From Neophaeotheca triangularis (lineage: Eukaryota): a DNA stretch of 64,000 nucleotides. Location of the stretch: positions 1 to 64,000 of the forward strand of contig BAAIJX010000045.1 of the NCBI GenBank assembly GCA_054600435.1, read 5' to 3'. How positions within the stretch are numbered: the first letter of the stretch is position 1; the number at the start of each line of letters is the position of its first letter. This document shows positions 1 through 12,968 of this stretch, piece by piece. The position numbers and the translations under genes were made by a program. The notes beneath the pieces are model-generated. The model ran no database searches and was not told the origin of the DNA. It saw only the letters and a list, made by a program, of their open reading frames with translations.

Positions 1-12
1 CCCCCCCCCCCG

Positions 13-62
<50 letters not shown>

Positions 63-70
63 CCCCCCCC
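1..70. repeat. Poly-C tract at the window start
   Basis: About 70 nt of C with two G interruptions. It may be a real homopolymer or an assembly/sequencing-end artefact. Confidence 0.9.
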
Positions 71-1070
71 GCGCGTCTTACTATTACTACTACTATTACT
101 GCTATACACTGCCGTCGTTAACCCCTACCTTTAATCCGTTTAATCCATTTGATTCGGTGTAGACGTTTGGATAGAACATAAGAGCAAGCGGGATATCCAC
201 GATAAGTTTAGTTTCTAGTAACGCTCGTTTCTTATCTCGAGATTGAAGAGTTGATACCATTCGCTGATCCGCTAGAGTCGGTGCCGTTTGCTACTCGTTA
301 TTGTATTGAGAGGTAGGTAGGTCTTTTGCGTTGTTAGTAGAGTTGATCTATTTATAGGGTTGGGGTTGGGGTTGGGGTGAGATTCTTTGATGGGTGGGGA
401 GTGACTTTTTGCTAGTGTCGAGATGGGAGAGCGAGGGTATTGTTATGCGTTTGGTTTGGCTTGGTTTGGCTGGCTTAGCTGGTCGGTTGGTCGCGTAGGG
501 TAGAGTAGAGGAAAGTTCATTGCTTTCGGGATTTGGAAGGGCAGGGAGATTGAGGCGTTGGAGGTTCGTTCCAGTGGACGTGCTTTGTGTTATGTACGGA
601 GATGCCTTTACTGACTGACTGTCTAATAACACTTCCTCCGTGTAGGTGTCTTCCTACCTTAAAGACCGGACTTACAAAAGCTAGTCTTGTGTGTCTATAC
701 ACAATGAAACGGTATAGAAGTAATTATCAAATCCAACGACCATCACGTGCAGCAAACAGTCCGGTCCGATCGTTCCTGACATGCCAAGCTTCCGGACCCT
801 GCATGGCCGGACGTTGTATTGCGTGGAGGGCCGAACGCTCGCTCGCTCACTCGCCCGCCCAAACCAGAGTCCACCCACCTACGCATCTCATCAATCCACC
901 AACTCCAACTCCAACTCCAACCAACCCCCCAAAAAAGGCCCACAATCTCCGACACAAAATCAACCACCACACCGCCGACGACATCTCGCCCACCACCACT
1001 TCCACAGTCTCGACAACCCGCCCACCACTCCCACCGCGGCCAACCGCGCCCCCACTCCCTCACGCACGCA

Positions 1071-2200
1071 ATGCGCCCCTCAACCTCCCTCTCCCTCTCC
1101 CTCTTCTCCCTCACCTCTCTCGTCTCCGCTTTCCCGCGCATCACTTCACCGGCACCGGGCGGTCGTGTCGCTGCCGGGCCTATCGATGTCGAGTGGGAGG
1201 ATAATGGCGATACGCCCCGGTTGGCGGATTTGGGCGATTATACTTGGCACCTAATTGTTGGCGGGAATGAGGGGGCTGAGCAGGTAGGTGCTTTTCAATT
1301 TTATATTTTGGGAGTGGGTTTGAGTAGGGAAGTTTGGACCGGGTGGGAGGTTTGGGGTAGGGGAAGGGATTGGGAGGGATGAAGACGGGTGCGAGGGGCG
1401 ATGGGGCGCTGGTTGGGCATGCATGGGACGTGGCAAGGTCGGCAGAGGTGTCGTTCATCATGCTAACCGACTTCTGTCTTGCAGAAACCTCTCGCTGACG
1501 GCCCCGGCAGCACTCCGATTGCTTCGGGCTCCACTGAAGTGGAAATCGACCCAGGCTTGTCAGAGACGGTTCGCAATGGCTTGTGAGTACACACGCGTGC
1601 GCGACACGCAATAGAAAGGTCTTTCTGGCTAATTCTCCATTAAGCTACTTTAAAATGGTCTGCACAGCAATCGACGGCGGGACTGTAACCGTCTATTCCG
1701 ACCGCTTCACCATCACTGATATGACGGGTGTTCTTGAGCCCGAATTTGCCGACGCCGTGGAAGGTTTGGGTACCAAGGGACCTGAAAATGTCAACACTGT
1801 CGGGGCAGACCCTATCAATGACGGCGATGCCGACGGCGGCGATGGTGATGATGATGAACCCGAAGCTTCCCTCTTCAAAGTGCCCTTTGCCGAGCAGACC
1901 GGTTCGACCAGGTACTGTCCGATGCAGCCGATTGCGCCCACGAAGATCACCGCCAAGAAGGCTTCGCGCATGCATCCGACAAGCTCGTATTCGGTTGCCA
2001 CGACTTGGCTGCCGATGCCGAAGATTGCCACGACCATTACGCAGAAGCAGACGTTTACTGTGAAGAGTATCGAGAACACGGTAAGCTTTGGCTACACTTC
2101 ACCTAGCATAGACGATTTCCTGACCCATGTGATCCAGGTCCCTCCCATCTCAGTCGCAACCGACGACCTGGATAGGTTTCTGGCAAGGTGGAAGGATTAG
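1071..2200 (+). CDS. KRE9/KNH1-family beta-1,6-glucan biosynthesis protein (secreted), 4 exons
   Basis: ATG 1071 with signal peptide MRPSTSLSLSLFSLTSLVSA. GT-AG introns at 1284-1484, 1583-1644 and 2081-2137 join the frames. Motifs YFKMVC..GGTVTVYSDRF, VPFAEQTGSTRYCPMQP and C-terminal DLDRFLARWKD* are typical of Kre9/Knh1. Confidence 0.85.
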
Positions 2201-2775
2201 AGTGTCGAGCAATTGTTCCCGCGACTTGGGCATTTCTGCGGCGACGGCGTTTCTCTCTGGTCTCTGGAGTTGTGTGTGTTTTGGGCACTAGATTTACATA
2301 CCTCTCAGCGTTCGAGATTGGGCATGGCGCGGTTGTTGTATAGGTCCAGGGCCAGCATGCAAGGTATGGGTGGATACGTAGGAATCGTCTAATCATTTAT
2401 CCTGCACACTACAGAATGAAATGGCGATTTCTCCAGTTTGGAGGACTTTGTTGTCTTTGATGCTTTGTATCTGTTCTGAAAGTACGTCTGCCTGGCGGCC
2501 TGGTACATGTCGAGCAGTGGCTATCGCTCGAGTGGATTCCTGCACCTCCTCATACTTGCAGACTCACCAGACTGGGACATTTAGGTTGGATCCCTCTCGA
2601 TTCAATCCTTATCAGCCGGCGATAAGCGCTTACAGTTGCACTTCAACGTCTCCACACCAGCAACGGCAGCAGCACCAGCAGCTTTCCCTGTGAACGAATC
2701 CAAGTAGTTTTGGTGTGTAGCACTTCAATCAAAGACGCAAACAACCGCAACAAAATCACTCGAGACGTCGCCATC

Positions 2776-4367
2776 ATGGTCAAATCAATCGCAAATCATG
2801 ACCTGCCCGCTCCACCGACAGGCAAATACCCGGCCAAGGATCACGTTCGAAGGGTAGCGAAACACATTGCCGAGAATGGCGGTCCCAACACGGGCATCAT
2901 CTACGTCGAAGGGCAAATGACAAAGATGGTCGAGGTCAGAATAGTTCCACAGCGTTGACCTTCGAACACAACTGGATCTTCTCTAACCCCCCTCCAGGAC
3001 GACGACCAAGCCACCCATTTCCGCCAACGTCGCCACTTCTACTATGTCACTGGCTGCGATTTGCCCGACTGCTACTTTGCCTACGATATTGAAGCCGACG
3101 AATCCACCCTCTGGATTCCACCAGTCGATCCAGACATGGTAATGTGGGCGGGCATGCCGCTACTCCCCGATGCTGCTCGTGAACAATACAACATCGATCA
3201 CGTCCTCACGACCGACGACCTCAAATCGGGCAAGTCTCTCGCTTCCATGCTGAAGAACAAGTCCACGACCGTTTTCACCATCCTCGACCGCGCCGACCTG
3301 GACATTCTCCACAGCGATGAAATCGCCAAGCTGAAACCCGACATTGATACCGAGAGGCTCCGTCCGGCCATCGAGGCAAACCGTATGGTCAAGGATGACT
3401 ACGAGATTGCCATGATCCGTCACGCCAACATCGTGTCGAGCTACGCCCATCAACAGGTCTTGAAGAGCGTCCACGCCGCCAGCAACGAGCGCGAACTCAA
3501 CGCCGTCTTTGTCATGCATTGCCACGCCAACGGCTGCCGCGAACAAGCCTACGTAAGTCTAGTCCAGTCCAGTCCAACCCAACCCCAAGCCCCAGATCTC
3601 AGACTGACCCCATTCTCCCCACCCAACAGGGCTGCATCTGCGCCGCCGGCCCAAACGCCAGTAGCCTCCACTATCTGCACAATGACCAAGCCTTCTCAGA
3701 TAAACAAAACCTCCTCCTGGACGCCGGCTGCGAATACAACACCTACTGCAGCGACATTACCCGAACTTTCCCCCTCAACCCGTCCGGGAAATTCACCCCG
3801 GAATCCAAAGCAATTTACAACCTCGTCCTGGCCATGCAATCCCACTGCATGGCGCAAATCCGCGCCAACGTACGCTGGGAAGACGTGCACCTCCTCGCCC
3901 ACCGCGTCGCCGCGCAAGGTCTACGGGACCTCGGCATTCTCAACTCGGAACAAACCGTCGACGAAATCATGGAAACCAAAGTCACCACTCGCTTCTTCCC
4001 CCACGGTCTCGGCCACTTCATCGGCATGGACACGCACGACGTCGGCGGCAACGCGGACCCCGACGATCCCGACGAGATTTACAAGTACTTGCGTATCCGC
4101 GGCAGGTTGCCGGCGAACTCGGTCGTGACGAATGAGCCGGGGATTTACTTCAGGCCGTTCCCGCTCAAGCAGGAACTGGCGGATGGCAAGTGGGATGGGG
4201 TCGTGGATCAGTTGGTGTTGGCGAGGTATTGGGCGGTTGGCGGCATCAGGATCGAAGACGATGTGTGGGTCAAGGAGGACGGGTGTGAGAATTTGACGAC
4301 GGTTGTTAGTGCGCTCGAGGATGTTGAGGCGGCTGTGCTCGAGGGGAGGAGCGGGGGGGAGGAGTAG
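2776..4367 (+). CDS. pepP: Xaa-Pro aminopeptidase / prolidase (peptidase M24), 3 exons
   Basis: KYPAKDH N-terminus, FRQRRHFYY, LLLDAGCEY..YCSDITRTFP, FFPHGLGHFIGMDTHDVGG, VTNEPGIYF, GGIRIEDD. Introns at 2935-2997 and 3553-3629. Confidence 0.93.
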
Positions 4368-5627
4368 TAGTAGTAGCTCTGGGGTTCCTGGGATTAGGAG
4401 TCGAAGAGCTTTCTTTCCTCCCCATCAAGAGGTTGGTTACTTGAACGCTCTGTATTCGCCAATGTCAATTCTTGCCAGTCTTCTCGTCGAGTGGAAGAGG
4501 TCAAGTTATGGCTCTGCTTGGAGCTATTCGTAGCACTCGACCTCGACTCCCTTGAAAGATTCGTGTTATCGGGTCCGCATCTACCGCGGTCCCGACGTTG
4601 TCTTGGGTGTCTTGACGGAAGTGCGATGAGATAAATCCAGGATGAAGGTCTGCGAAGGCCGTGTTGGCGTTTTGGTACGTTTCCCTGGCAGTGATCAGGT
4701 CAGAGATGATTTTGATATTACCTAGTTAGGTAGTCAAGAGGAACAGGTCGAGGTGCTAGTGATGGAACTCCAGCATAATACCTAGACGCAGGCGGAGAAT
4801 CTGATATCGCTAGGTACTCCACTCGCCGGAGAGGGGGTGGGAGATGGCGGAAAGTACACGCCACACGTGAGCCTGGTATGACCTGACTAGGTATACATTC
4901 TGGGCCTCACTCGTAACTGAGCGCTTTCTATTGTGCATCTTCAAGTCTTGTAGAGGTACTGTCAGAAAGGGCCATCACGTGAGCCATGTACGATTGATGA
5001 TACGCATCTCATTAGGGCAGGTCCACCGTCTCCGCCATGACTCTGGTCTGGCAAGTCTGGTCGGGAGCCGCAAATACTCCGCAGCTCGATGTGATGTGAT
5101 ACCGCTTGTGGTATGGGGACCCTGGCATAATGCCTAGGTACAGGTACATAGTGCCACAGGAGTCGGTCAGTCTACTACTACCTAGGTACTCGAGGTACTG
5201 TATGCGTGTGTGTGTCTGAGACTCTCTCTTCCGTCTCTGAAATGCCTCGGTCTAGCAGGGCAACAGGAGGTACATAAGAACGACATCATCACATGTTGCT
5301 CGGCAAGTTCTAGTGAGCATCCGAAATGTTCTCGTTATTATTATTATAGCTACAAGACAGGTAAGTTACCACTCTCCTGATATCTTTGCCCATCTCTATC
5401 GCTTCCGTCGTTTCTCATTGTTTTGTTACATCTGTACACTACACACTACACTACACTACACTACATAGCATCTATCCTTAACCCGTACACGCCCGTCCTA
5501 CTCGTATCGAGGCAGGAGCAAACGCCGACCGACCCCACCACCCGTGCGTGCCTGCCACCCCCGGAATACCTCCATCCTGATTCGTTCCCCACCATCCACG
5601 TCCCCTTCGTCGAAACAGCTCGAGGCC

Positions 5628-7066
5628 ATGTCAGCAAACACAAACACCAAACACCAAGATTCTGCTTCTTCTTCTTCTTCATCCTCTCCTCAAAGTCGAC
5701 TCCAACAACTAAACGCACAAATGGGTTCAATGGGCGGCGGAATGAAGACTGCCTTCTCGGCCGACGCCGTGCCTCAGGCGCCAGAAGACCCTCTGTTCGG
5801 GTTGATGGCCGCCTACCGCAAGGACACTTTTGAAAACAAAGTCGATCTGGGCATTGGAGCGTATCGTGACAACAATGCGAAGCCCTGGGTCTTGCCCGTC
5901 GTCAACAAAGTAGGCCTCACCTGATGGAACTTGGAAGAGAAGAGGCACACGGCGGACATTGGCAATTGACACTCTCAAAACAGGCCGACGATCTCCTTCG
6001 CAAAGACCCCAACTTGAACCACGAATACCTCCCCATCGCTGGTCTTGCCGACTTCACCACCGCCTCTCAGAAGCTCGTCCTCGGCCAATCGAGCCCTGCC
6101 ATCAAAGACAAGCGCGCCGTCTCCCTTCAAGCCGTCTCAGGCACAGGTTCCCTCCACCTGGGCGCCCTCTTCCTCGCCAAATTCTACAACCCCTCCAACC
6201 CCGAAGCCAAATGCATCTATGTCAGCTCCCCGACATGGGCGAACCACAACCAAATCTTCTCAAACGTTAAGCTTCCCATGAAGAACTACCCCTACTTCTC
6301 CAAAGAGACCAAGGGCCTCGACTTCAACGGCATGATCTCCACAATCAAGTCCGCCCCCGAGGGCGCCGTCATCCTCCTCCACGCCTGCGCCCACAATCCC
6401 ACGGGTGTCGATCCCACCAAAGAGCAATGGAAGGAGATTGCCTCGGTCATGAAGCAGCGCTCGCAGTTCCCCTTCTTCGACTGCGCCTACCAGGGCTTCG
6501 CCTCTGGCTCCCTCGACCAAGACGCCTGGGCCATCCGCTATTTCATCGACCAAGGCTTCGAGCTCATGGTTGCGCAATCCTACGCCAAGAACTTTGGTCT
6601 CTACGGCGAGCGTGCTGGCTGCTTCCACTTCGTCACCTCCCCCGACACTGACGCCCAAAACGCCATCTCCCGCATCGGCTCCCAGCTGGCCATTCTCCAG
6701 CGTTCCGAAATCTCCAACCCCCCCGCATATGGCGCTCGCATCGCTTCCATGATCCTCAACGACCCCACGCTATTCGCCGAGTGGGAGGAGAACTTGCGGG
6801 AGATGTCGGGCCGCATCAAGGACATGCGCAAGGCTCTACGGGAGAAGCTGGAAGCCATGGGCACGCCCGGCACGTGGAACCACATTACGGATCAAATCGG
6901 CATGTTTTCTTTCACCGGCTTGACCGAGCAGCAAGTTCTGAAACTGAGGGAGCAGTCGCACATTTACATGACCAAAAACGGCAGGATCAGTATGGCGGGG
7001 TTGAACACCAACAATGTCGATTATGTCGCCAAGGCTTTCGATTCCGTCGTGAGGGAGACTTCGTAA
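5628..7066 (+). CDS. AAT2: Aspartate aminotransferase, cytosolic type, with N-terminal extension; 2 exons
   Basis: VPQAPEDPLFGL, DLGIGAYRD, HACAHNPTGVDP, FFDCAYQGFASG and PLP-lysine motif SYAKNFGLYGER. Intron at ~5909-5982. In-frame ATGs at 5628 and 5721. Confidence 0.95.
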
Positions 7067-7734
7067 GAGGGTCGCCCGGAGGTTTGAAGAGGGAGGTGGA
7101 TTGCGATTTGCTACATTTACGATCAATACCCGTTAGGCCGTGTAGAACTTCCTAATTAAGCTTGCCTAGTCACTATCCGTTCCAAGTCCCATATCGCGGT
7201 CTGTCAATATACACAATTTCACTGAACCGAGAAGAGGAAAGCCCAGCATCTTCCCCTAGATTTGGCGTAAAGCCTTGGAATCTCATGATCTACCAGACTA
7301 TATACGTGACGGCATATCTAGCTTCACTTAGCTTCATCAGTCAACATCAGCAATTTTCCGCCATATAGCCAGCCAGCCGCTCAAACCCCTCTCATACACA
7401 GGGAATGGAGAAAGAGCACTCCAGCCAGCACCAGCTACACCAAAGAGCCCATCCAACCTCAAACCTTCCATGCCAGCAATCCTTTGAACCGGGCGCCACG
7501 GAGCACGAGAAGTGCACCACAGAAAAAAAAAAAAAGAGTTAGAACTGCAAGATTTCCTCCAAGACTGAGACACCCTCCCTCGCCCCCATCGCCCGCTTGC
7601 TTTGATATTTTGTTGTTGTTGTTTGATTGCCTTCCCCCTGCTCAGCCGTTGTCCGAGGGCCTCGCAGATACTATGTACTCACTCGTTGTAGTTCGCGGTC
7701 GAGCTTTCTCTGCTGGTTCTTGAAGGGGGGTTAT

Positions 7735-7812
7735 ATACATGCATATATACATGCATATATACATACATACATACATACATACATACATACATACAGACAT
7801 ACATACATATAT
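7735..7812. repeat. (TACA)n-type microsatellite
   Basis: Imperfect atatacatgc/atacatacatac run. Confidence 0.85.
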
Positions 7813-8147
7813 AGGCGGGTAGTTTGTGTTTTTACGCGAAGGTGAATTTTGTCTTGTTTTGGCGTTGGCGGTTACATGGGACATGATATGGTTGGGGACT
7901 GGATCATGGGGATGAGTGCAGAATGGGGGTGGCCGGGGCGGGCGGTTGGCGGGCGGGGTGTAAGAGGGTTGCGAGGGCGCTGCGTCCGGGGCGGAGAGGG
8001 GGGAGAGGGGACTAATGCGCCGGGTTTAGCCAAATATATAAGAGTATGTTTACGAAGGCCAAGGGTGGATTTCGTCGCTAAAGTTTGATGATATAGGGGT
8101 AATTGACGAAGTCGGGATGTCAGAAATGCTCCCAGCCTGATCTGCTT

Positions 8148-9064
8148 TCAACGGGCGCCACTCCCCATCATCATCTCCGTATCACCCCGGCTTTGCTTTT
8201 CCCTCATCTCCTTCTCATCGCTCTTGTTGAAAAGGAGCATGACCGTCACAATCACCTTACCGACCGCGGACATGAGCAGCGCAAAAGCCGAACTGACCCT
8301 CGTGTACATGTACGCACCCACCAGAGTCCCCATGAACAGCGATATCAAGAAAGCAACTCGCCTATTCCTGCCACGGTTATGGCGCTTCAAGATGTGCGGA
8401 TCGACGAGCAGGTCCACCCACGCGGCCGTAGCCATGGCAGTGGAAATCTCCGTGCAAGCGAATGCGCGACTCAGGACGACCTGGCTACCGCTTGCAAAAC
8501 TCAGGAGAGCGATGACACCCAGCGCGTAAGCGCCTTGGAGTTGGACGCCGTGCCAGTGTTGTAGTCCTGCTGCTACGAAGACGAGAGCCGTTTGGACGAC
8601 GTTGCTGCCGAGGACCCATAGGCGACGCCGTGGCCCGATGAAGTGGCCTAGCTGGCCTATGCTCCAGCCTCCCGCGACGAAGCAGGCGAGGGAGAGACCG
8701 ACGTTTTCGGGGATGAAGAGGTCGTAGATTCCCAGGCCGGTTATGGAGACGGCGAGGAGGACTGTGTTGCCTGTTTGGTTGGAGGCGAAGCAGTGGTCTG
8801 TACGAGGCCCATGTTAGTGAGAGGCAAGATGAAACACAGGTTCTGTTAGTGGAACTTGCAGTCGGGAAATGTAAGTGCGTCAGCTATGCCAGTCGTAAAG
8901 GTGAGGAAAAGCAACTCAATCTCGAGGAACAGGTCAGCTTTGATGTTCGCGCAGAGATGTCGGACGATGCCTTTTCCGCGGCTCGTAGGCGCATCATGCT
9001 CGTCAAAGGTTCTCGTAGGCTGAATTGCGAAGTTGTTGGAGAGTTGCGCTTGCGTGTCGGCCAT
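8148..9064 (-). CDS. DUF1275 (YoaK-like) membrane protein, 2 exons
   Basis: Splicing 8798-8859 (GC-AG) gives TGIADALTFPDYHCFASNQTGNT. Later EISTAMATAAWVDLLVDP and RNRRVAF, with several hydrophobic helices. Confidence 0.85.
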
Positions 9065-11637
9065 ATTGATGAACGATTGCCGTCAAGCCTGATTGTGTGT
9101 GTCGACGTCCAGATGTGTTCTCAGCGTCCCCGAGAGGTTGGAAGAGGAGAAGCAGGCGAGCAGTCGGGTGGACGAGAACGGATGTTTCTCCCCTCCTCGT
9201 GCAGCAATGCAACCTAGGAAACCGGGAGACGTGCCGGGGAGCTTTGAAAACCCCAAGCAAAAAAATGCAGGTCACGCCGACGAAAATCACTTGAATGTCC
9301 GCGTTGAACGTCTTCGCCACAAAGATTACTGCTTGGCCCCTCCGATTCCGCTCTGGGGCTGGCTTGGCGCGCGGGCAGCTTTCCTGGGGTTATCGATATC
9401 GCCGAATCTCGACACTGCGAGCGTCGCGTCGGCTATCGCAACTGTTATAGGTATCTAAGTTGATAGCGAGGGGATTGTTGATAATGCTAATGGGGTCCAG
9501 TGCGTGTGATCGGAAGGGGTACAAGTTGTGGCACACTTCCTAGAAGTTCGCAGATTTATGCCCCGCCTGGTGTCCTCTGGATTCCCTGCCCAACAGTCGG
9601 ATAGCATTGCTGGCCAAAGCTACCCTGACTCAACATGTTGCAGTTGTTGCTGAGTAGTAGTTGAAAGAGCCGAGTCCTACAAAGTTCTTCGGAGCCAATG
9701 GGAAGATCGCGATTCTTTCGAAATCTTGATAAGCTCCATGGCAAGTTGTGCGGTTCGTCGCATCCCCTGGCGCAACACGTGCCGAACTCGAAGCACTGCT
9801 GGTAGGGACCATGGTCGATTTACCGCATAACGGCTCGATGACTGTCCTTGTGGACCTTTGTCCAGAGACGGAGTACCGGCGTCCCGCTATGGTCGTCAGC
9901 TTTGTATCGGGTCATGGCATCAATAGCGCTACAGAAGTTGCTCTTCGCACTCTGTTGTCGGAGGAAGAAGGCAGAATGCAGATACTTCAATGTCAGCGAA
10001 GAAGTAAGCGCATTTGTGAGTCCATCATTCGGAAGCGAGACGGCCATGTTGCGGTACCGACATCTAGGTGCCGGGCTGACGGCGAGACCACATAAATTTT
10101 GCAGGTTGAATGAAATCCGAAACAAGAAGACGTCGCCAACATAAGAGAGAGAATGAAAAGATGTAAGAAAAGTAGGGATGAGACTGTGGAACGGCATCTA
10201 AACCTCTAAAGCTGATATGGCTTCAAAAGAGGAAAATTCAGTACATCCACTCAATTCGGGGCCCCAACTTACCTTGCTACACCAACTTTTTCACTGCCCC
10301 CGTAGATTCGCGAGACATCTGCGTTGATGAGATTGAAACAGAGTAGAAGTGATGTTGCAAGTCGCAAAAGGAGGTTCTTTCGTTTGTAGCAGAATGCCAA
10401 GGATGGCGTGCTCGACTTGCCAGGGTGCAGATGGAGAGGGTGTTTCCATTGGCTCATTGAGATTCGCGCTAAGATTCGGCCGTTTATCTCAAGCACTCCT
10501 CGGACTGAGAAGAAAGAACATCATCACAATCGAGAACATCCATGCTACTTTCTCTATCGACACCTGCGGCCAAAGCACATTGATCGAAAGATGCGTTTCA
10601 TAATTACAGTTTCAGCCGCCGGCAGATTCGCTCGCCCGACCAGGCCAGCTCGAATGTCGAGATTTGAGAAAAGTAGATATAGCGTGTACTCCTAAGCAAA
10701 TATAAAGTGCTCTCGTGGCGGACGCAAGCATTCCAATGCTTACCAAGACCCAACAACGACAATACTGGCTAGTCCAAACATCCTACCCAACCAGCAAGAA
10801 GTTTCGCTTTGATTCCGCCCAGATCTCGCGGAGGCAGTGTGCTTCTCCAACGCTACGTGCTCAATGTTAGATGTACCTGGGCAGTCTCAGCAGAAGCAGT
10901 AAGCCCCAGATTGGTCTTCTCGGCGCCAGAAGCTTGTGTTGGCGGTGGCATCAGTGTTCAATACCATATGTGTGCTTTCCTCGCCAGGTAGTCGTCAATG
11001 GTCTCGAGTTTCCGCTCCCCAGAGTCCCGAGCCTCCAGCTCGTTTTCATCTTCGGAGTCCCATTCCTAGGTAACCATTAGGGGAAAGAATGTAAGGAACG
11101 TGAAATGGATCCAGTTTTCGTGCCACTTCATCGCGCTCCCGATTCAGCTGTTCCTGCTCAAGCTGCTTCCCAAGTCTCGCCTCAAGGTTCTGCAGGCGCT
11201 TTGCTCGACACGGGTCTCGAGACGTGGGCGGACCTCAGCTGTGCATCGACAGAGACTTTGCACTGATTAATGGATATCATTGCTTTGACAAGTGCAAGAT
11301 TATGCCAGAGAGTATGCTGGCGATGGGGTGCACCAGGGGCAAATTGACAGGCTCGCAGTAGGCCCTTGGATCACTCCAAGGTACACCTGATAATCTGGGT
11401 CAGGTTTCAGCTGAGTGATGTCAAATCAAGATAGGTCCACTGCACCATCTCTCTGGAGTTTTAAAAGGCGGTCCAAACCCTCAAGATTCTCGTCACATCT
11501 CCAAGGTCAAGACAGTGGCAAAACGAATCGGTCAAGAGTCTGTAGCAGTGCTGATATACATATGTACACATCTAGCTCTTGCCCAAGAAACGAAAAATTG
11601 CTCGATCGCTCGCAAAGGGAAAACAGCAGTTTATATT

Positions 11638-12541
11638 CTAAGCTGCTTGAGTCTCGGGCACCTGGGTGTCGCGCTCGAAATACTTCCATTGACCCTCGTC
11701 GGGTGACTCCTCGAGGTCCTCCCATCTGTGATGATGTGTTAGTATATTATCAAGAGGGCCTTGAGTTGGCAGCAAGGGGTTAAAAGCGTACGGCTTGTTC
11801 TCCACCATGTCTTCAACCAATGTCTTCTCGCCCTCGGCAACTTGGATGATCTCCTCAATCAGACCGGCGCCGATCTGCTGCTCGATCTCATTGATTCTGC
11901 AAATATATGTCAGTCCCAATGTACACGCGAACCGAACCTCGCCACTCTCCCGCAAGTTGGGAAAGTGCAAGCCTCTCAACGTACTGATCTTTGGTAAGCG
12001 CCGGCTCGGGCTCAATGCGAGGAATCTTCGCATTCTCCTCCCTCAAGTCCCTCGCCATAGCCTCGCCTTGCCCGCTCCTCTCCTCCTCCTCTCTCGGGCC
12101 CTCCAACTGTGGCTTGCCAACATACTCATCATCCCACTCCTCACTCTTCATGCCCTCAGCCGCACTAGCCCTCCAGATGATGTTGAAAGCTTTCTTGCCA
12201 GCCTCGCCCTTGCCCTCACCCACCGAGAGGGGTATCTTCCGGAAAGCCTCCGGGTGCGCATCCACGATTTGCTCAATGCGCGACTGCCATTCTTCCAGAC
12301 CTTTGGGTTTCACCGATTCCACGATGTTCATGCGGTGTTTTGTCAAGGCTTCGGTAGATTGGCGATAGACGCTGTGGGAGGGCAGGATCTGGAGTTGCTC
12401 GAGGGTTGAGCTGTAGAGGTAGAGCAGGGTGCTGCGCGGGGCGCTGTGGGTGAGGAGGCCAGTGAGGCCAGTGGGTGTGCCTGGTTCGAGGAATTGGGTG
12501 GTTCGCTGGACCGAGGCCAGGAGGCGAAGAGTTTGTCGCAT
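11638..12541 (-). CDS. NDUFA5: NADH:ubiquinone oxidoreductase 29.9 kDa subunit (NDUFA5/B13 family), 3 exons
   Basis: Mitochondrial-type N-terminus, PTGLTGL..H..PRSTLLYLY, SVYRQSTEALTKHR, IEQQIGAGLIEEIIQVAEGE, PWEDLEESPDEGQWKYFER. Two introns at ~11898-11984 and ~11727-11790. Confidence 0.9.
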
Positions 12542-12968
12542 CTTGATGTCGTTGCTGTCGGTTCAGGAAGCAATTGATTGTTGGAGAGGGCTGTTGGAGA
12601 GGCGATGTCATGATGTTGAAGCCGGGCGAGATGCCAAGACTCGCTTGAACGTCGCATCTGGACGGCATCAAAGGGAGCCAGGCAGCATCTCGATGATAAT
12701 CTCAATCTGGTAACCACAACGACGTCTGTTTGACTGGCAATCGTCTCTTTTTTCGATTTCGATTTGCAACGTCACCCACGCTCGCTAACTGTACACGTGC
12801 CTTCTTGCGGTTATTGACGCCTTCCTGACTTCCTAATCCGGCATTGGCCTGCCCCCTTCGAGTACATACCAAACTTGTCCACACGATAAGACTGCCATAG
12901 CCCACGCTCTACTATATTGTTGCGCATACCCACTGAACGGGCCTTTGCGCCCATTACTCGCCACCATA

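Noticed and set aside
1..70. Poly-C tract as a telomere or functional G-quadruplex
   Set aside because: There are no TTAGGG/CCCTAA repeats. A homopolymer at the sequence edge is as likely an assembly or sequencing artefact.
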